From Geosiphon pyriformis uo1 (taxonomy: Eukaryota; Fungi; Glomeromycota), in assembly GCA_016748015.1 (NCBI GenBank), contig JAAOMT010000135.1, positions 761,326 through 825,325 on the forward strand: a stretch of 64,000 bases of DNA, read 5' to 3'. How positions within the stretch are numbered: the first letter of the stretch is position 1; each line of letters begins with the position of its first letter. Shown here one piece after another: positions 61,384 through 64,000 of the stretch. Under the pieces are notes generated by a model, which saw nothing but the letters and a program-made list of their open reading frames with translations, had not been told where the DNA came from and did not search any database. Made by a program: the position numbers and the translations under genes.

Positions 61384-62688
61384 ATGCAAAACTACGTGTT
61401 CAACCAGTCAACACGTCCCGGACGTCCTGAACGTATAGAACGTGGTGGTGACCGGCAGAACCGGCTAGATCGTCAAGAAATTATAAAAGAAGCGGAGCAA
61501 GGCCCAATAACTGAGTTGGCTCCACGAGAGGATTTCCTTATCCTGAAATCCGGTTATCTCACGATCCTTGAGTTGCGACCTCTATTTCGGGGCTTTGACC
61601 TTCGGTGCATCATACTTGAGCAATGTAAGCCTTGAACGTAAACAAATCAGCCTTTGAAAATTTGTGAGTCGAATTTATTGCTCTGGTTTTGAATCGATTA
61701 AAAGTTAGAACCTTAATTTTTTTGTAATCTTTGCCATTCTTCTGTGTTAGTATCAAAGAGGTGTACCCAAGGAGGCCAAGAAATGTACCATTTCAGAGTT
61801 GCCGATCATACGGCTGTATGTACTCTGGTAGTATGGGAGGAAGGAAGTTGTTTAAAATCGGGAGATGTTCTCAAGATCAATAATGGGAAAGTAGATGAAA
61901 TTATTGAGTTGGGTTAGTCTATCGCGTGTTCTAAATCTTTAATTCTTTTTCAGGGAGGTAAGGCTTTACAACGGAAAATTAGAATTAACGCCGGTGAAGA
62001 ATGTTGGGAAAGTTCGACGATATGATCAGTAAGTTTTCATATACAAAAATGTCTGCCATATTATTTTAATTTTTATTGCAGCTATTTCCGTTTTAATCAT
62101 TAATTATTATTCAGGTATTGTTTGAAATTTGTGGAAAATGAAAAACCTAACCTTTCGATGTTCAATTGGATAAAGGATGTAAAGGATGAAACGGATAAGA
62201 ATTTTGTAAGTACCATATACTTCTAGTACTGGATAATTGAATATAACCAATTTCAAGGTTTATTTTTATTAAAGATAGCAGTGTATGGTCCCAACATGAC
62301 ACCTTTTTTTCCTAAAGATCGTGAAGCTAGACAGCAAGTGCCGCTTCCATCTTTTTCGACATCACAACGAACACCTGGTGCAATGCAACCACAGCGACAA
62401 GCACCTATAGGCTCGACACATCAACTAATTCATGAAGCTCGTCCTCGTCCGCCATTACGTCAAGGATCGTCTCGTCGAGACTCCTATCGCGGGAATAATG
62501 ATCGGTCTAGAGGCGATCATGATTATGATCGCAGAGATTTTGATCGTAGTTCAGGGCGTGACTTTGAACGAAAGAGTTTCGTTCATCGAGACCTGGATAA
62601 ACCTGAGGAAGATGATGGAATGCAATTTGGAAGTTCCTCAGGCAACATGAGAAACCAACAAAGTAGGAAGAAGCAGAGGTTTGAATAA
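61384..62688 (+). CDS. SOSS complex subunit B / SSB1-like OB-fold ssDNA-binding protein, multi-exon
   Basis: Spliced TILELRPLFRGFDLRCIILEQ|..FRVADHTAVCTLVVWEEGSCLKSGDVLKINNG|EVRLYNGKLEL..KPNLS matches the NABP1/2 pattern; disordered R/D-rich tail. Confidence 0.82.
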
Positions 62689-63268
62689 TCTGCAAGGTAT
62701 TCCCCTTTTGCCATAGTATTCGAAATTAGAGTTTCTTTTCAAATCTAATCAATTCTCTATTTACAAAACTGCTTCTTTGCAGGATTTCAGATATTAAAAG
62801 ATAATACCAGTATCAAATAGGGTAGATTAGATACGGGCGAATAAATTTTGCTAATAGCAGTTTAAAGTTATTTATGTCTTGTAATATTTTTTCTATAGAT
62901 ATGTAAGTCAGCATTATTTCCATATTAAAATCACGACGAATTGGTTTTCCATCTTTATCCCATTTAGCTAATGAAATTCCCTTCCAAAATATAAATGCAT
63001 ATGGTCCTTGAAGAATCGGTTGGCTTCCATTTAATTCATTAAATGAATCGAGTATTGTTTTAGGGAATTGTCCCTTTTCTTCAATTACTAAGGTGGCGTT
63101 AGTGGCTCTATTTTATTTACTTTTGTAGTTGAGGTGGCGGTGGTGTTCCGTTTTGAGAAATGAGGCTTGACTCTTGGATAAGCAATAAGCATATGATATT
63201 ATGCACATATCAGGGGTGACTCTTACTATTCTTGAAAATATCAGAATTTCAATCGGCACCCCTTTCCA

Positions 63269-64000
63269 ATGGCCGACAAGAAAAAACGTCTCGTTTTCTC
63301 TATATTGCAATTCTTAGAAAGCTCTATCAAAGACGGCACAATAAAACAAGACGATGTAGAGGGCATTGAAGTTGCTGGTTTGGTTTCACCATCCGTTCAG
63401 AAAGGTTGGCTCATTTAAGTGTTAGCTCAGACTTGTCCCTTTGCATAGTACAATGCATCGGGGAGGCCTTCGGGGTGGATCCACAAGATCCTGAACAAAA
63501 ATCTTTATATTCAACGAAACATGCTTTACCAATTATCTTCAACATGGCGGTTGAGGCTGAAGAAAGATTATCGAAAAAGACTGGTCCGGTATCGTATTTC
63601 CCTATTATGGGTGATTTGATTTGTTGAAAAAATGTTGAACAATTACTTTATATCATAAGAGCGGCACTTTCAGAGCTGTTCCCGTTTCTGGTATCAAACC
63701 TTTATATTTATTTATAATCATAAGCTAATCATTCAAAGTTTTCCAATATTTAACAATTGCAATTATTCTTTTTACTTTCAATCTAGCAAAAACTGAACCT
63801 GAGAAAAAGGTATTTGAATTCATTAACCTATATATCTCTTTTATTTTGATTTTAAAGATTAAATCTTACTTCGTCCCCATTTATAGCCAAATGAATTAAC
63901 TGAAGAAGAAAAGAAAAAGTCAGAAGATTTAAAAGCGGCCGGTAAGACTCATTTGAATGAATTTGATAATTTTTTATATTTCTTCACTTTAATTATATTT
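63269..64000 (+). CDS. SGT2: Small glutamine-rich TPR co-chaperone, 5' part (runs off the window)
   Basis: MADKKKRLVFSILQFLE..DDVEGIEVA|VQCIGEAFGVD dimerisation domain; start of TPR EEKKKSEDLKAAG. Confidence 0.9.

Overview
AT-rich, intron-containing fungal DNA, most likely Glomeromycotina. The repeat-encoded proteins resemble those I recall from Geosiphon pyriformis; this is inference and was not searched. Bases 1-26050 are a nested retrotransposon cluster. One minus-strand LINE (ORF1; ORF2 = APE-RT-RNase H) is split by four LTR-element insertions: a partial Ty3/Gypsy copy (1-3569); a complete two-LTR Gypsy element (7161-18097, CCAT target duplication) that itself carries an inverted solo LTR; a 3-kb internally deleted LTR element (18566-21597); and a third-family solo LTR (23064-24164). 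An internally deleted plus-strand LINE follows. The complete Gypsy element has an unusual layout: gag-protease-Cys-rich domain-dUTPase-RT-RNase H, then an apparently separately initiated integrase, then an extra 235-aa ORF at the env position. Its LTRs carry helically phased palindrome arrays. The repeats are eroded mostly by C>T/G>A transitions. Bases 26.7-64 kb are a compact gene region: an orphan ORF, RABL3, ACO1, WC-2, an RSC1/2-like bromo-BAH gene, RPC31, a Crinkler-like PD-(D/E)xK gene, FKS1, SIN1, a SOSS-B/SSB1-like gene and SGT2 (truncated). It includes two GC-AG introns and one probable GA-AG intron. Exon boundaries were read by eye.
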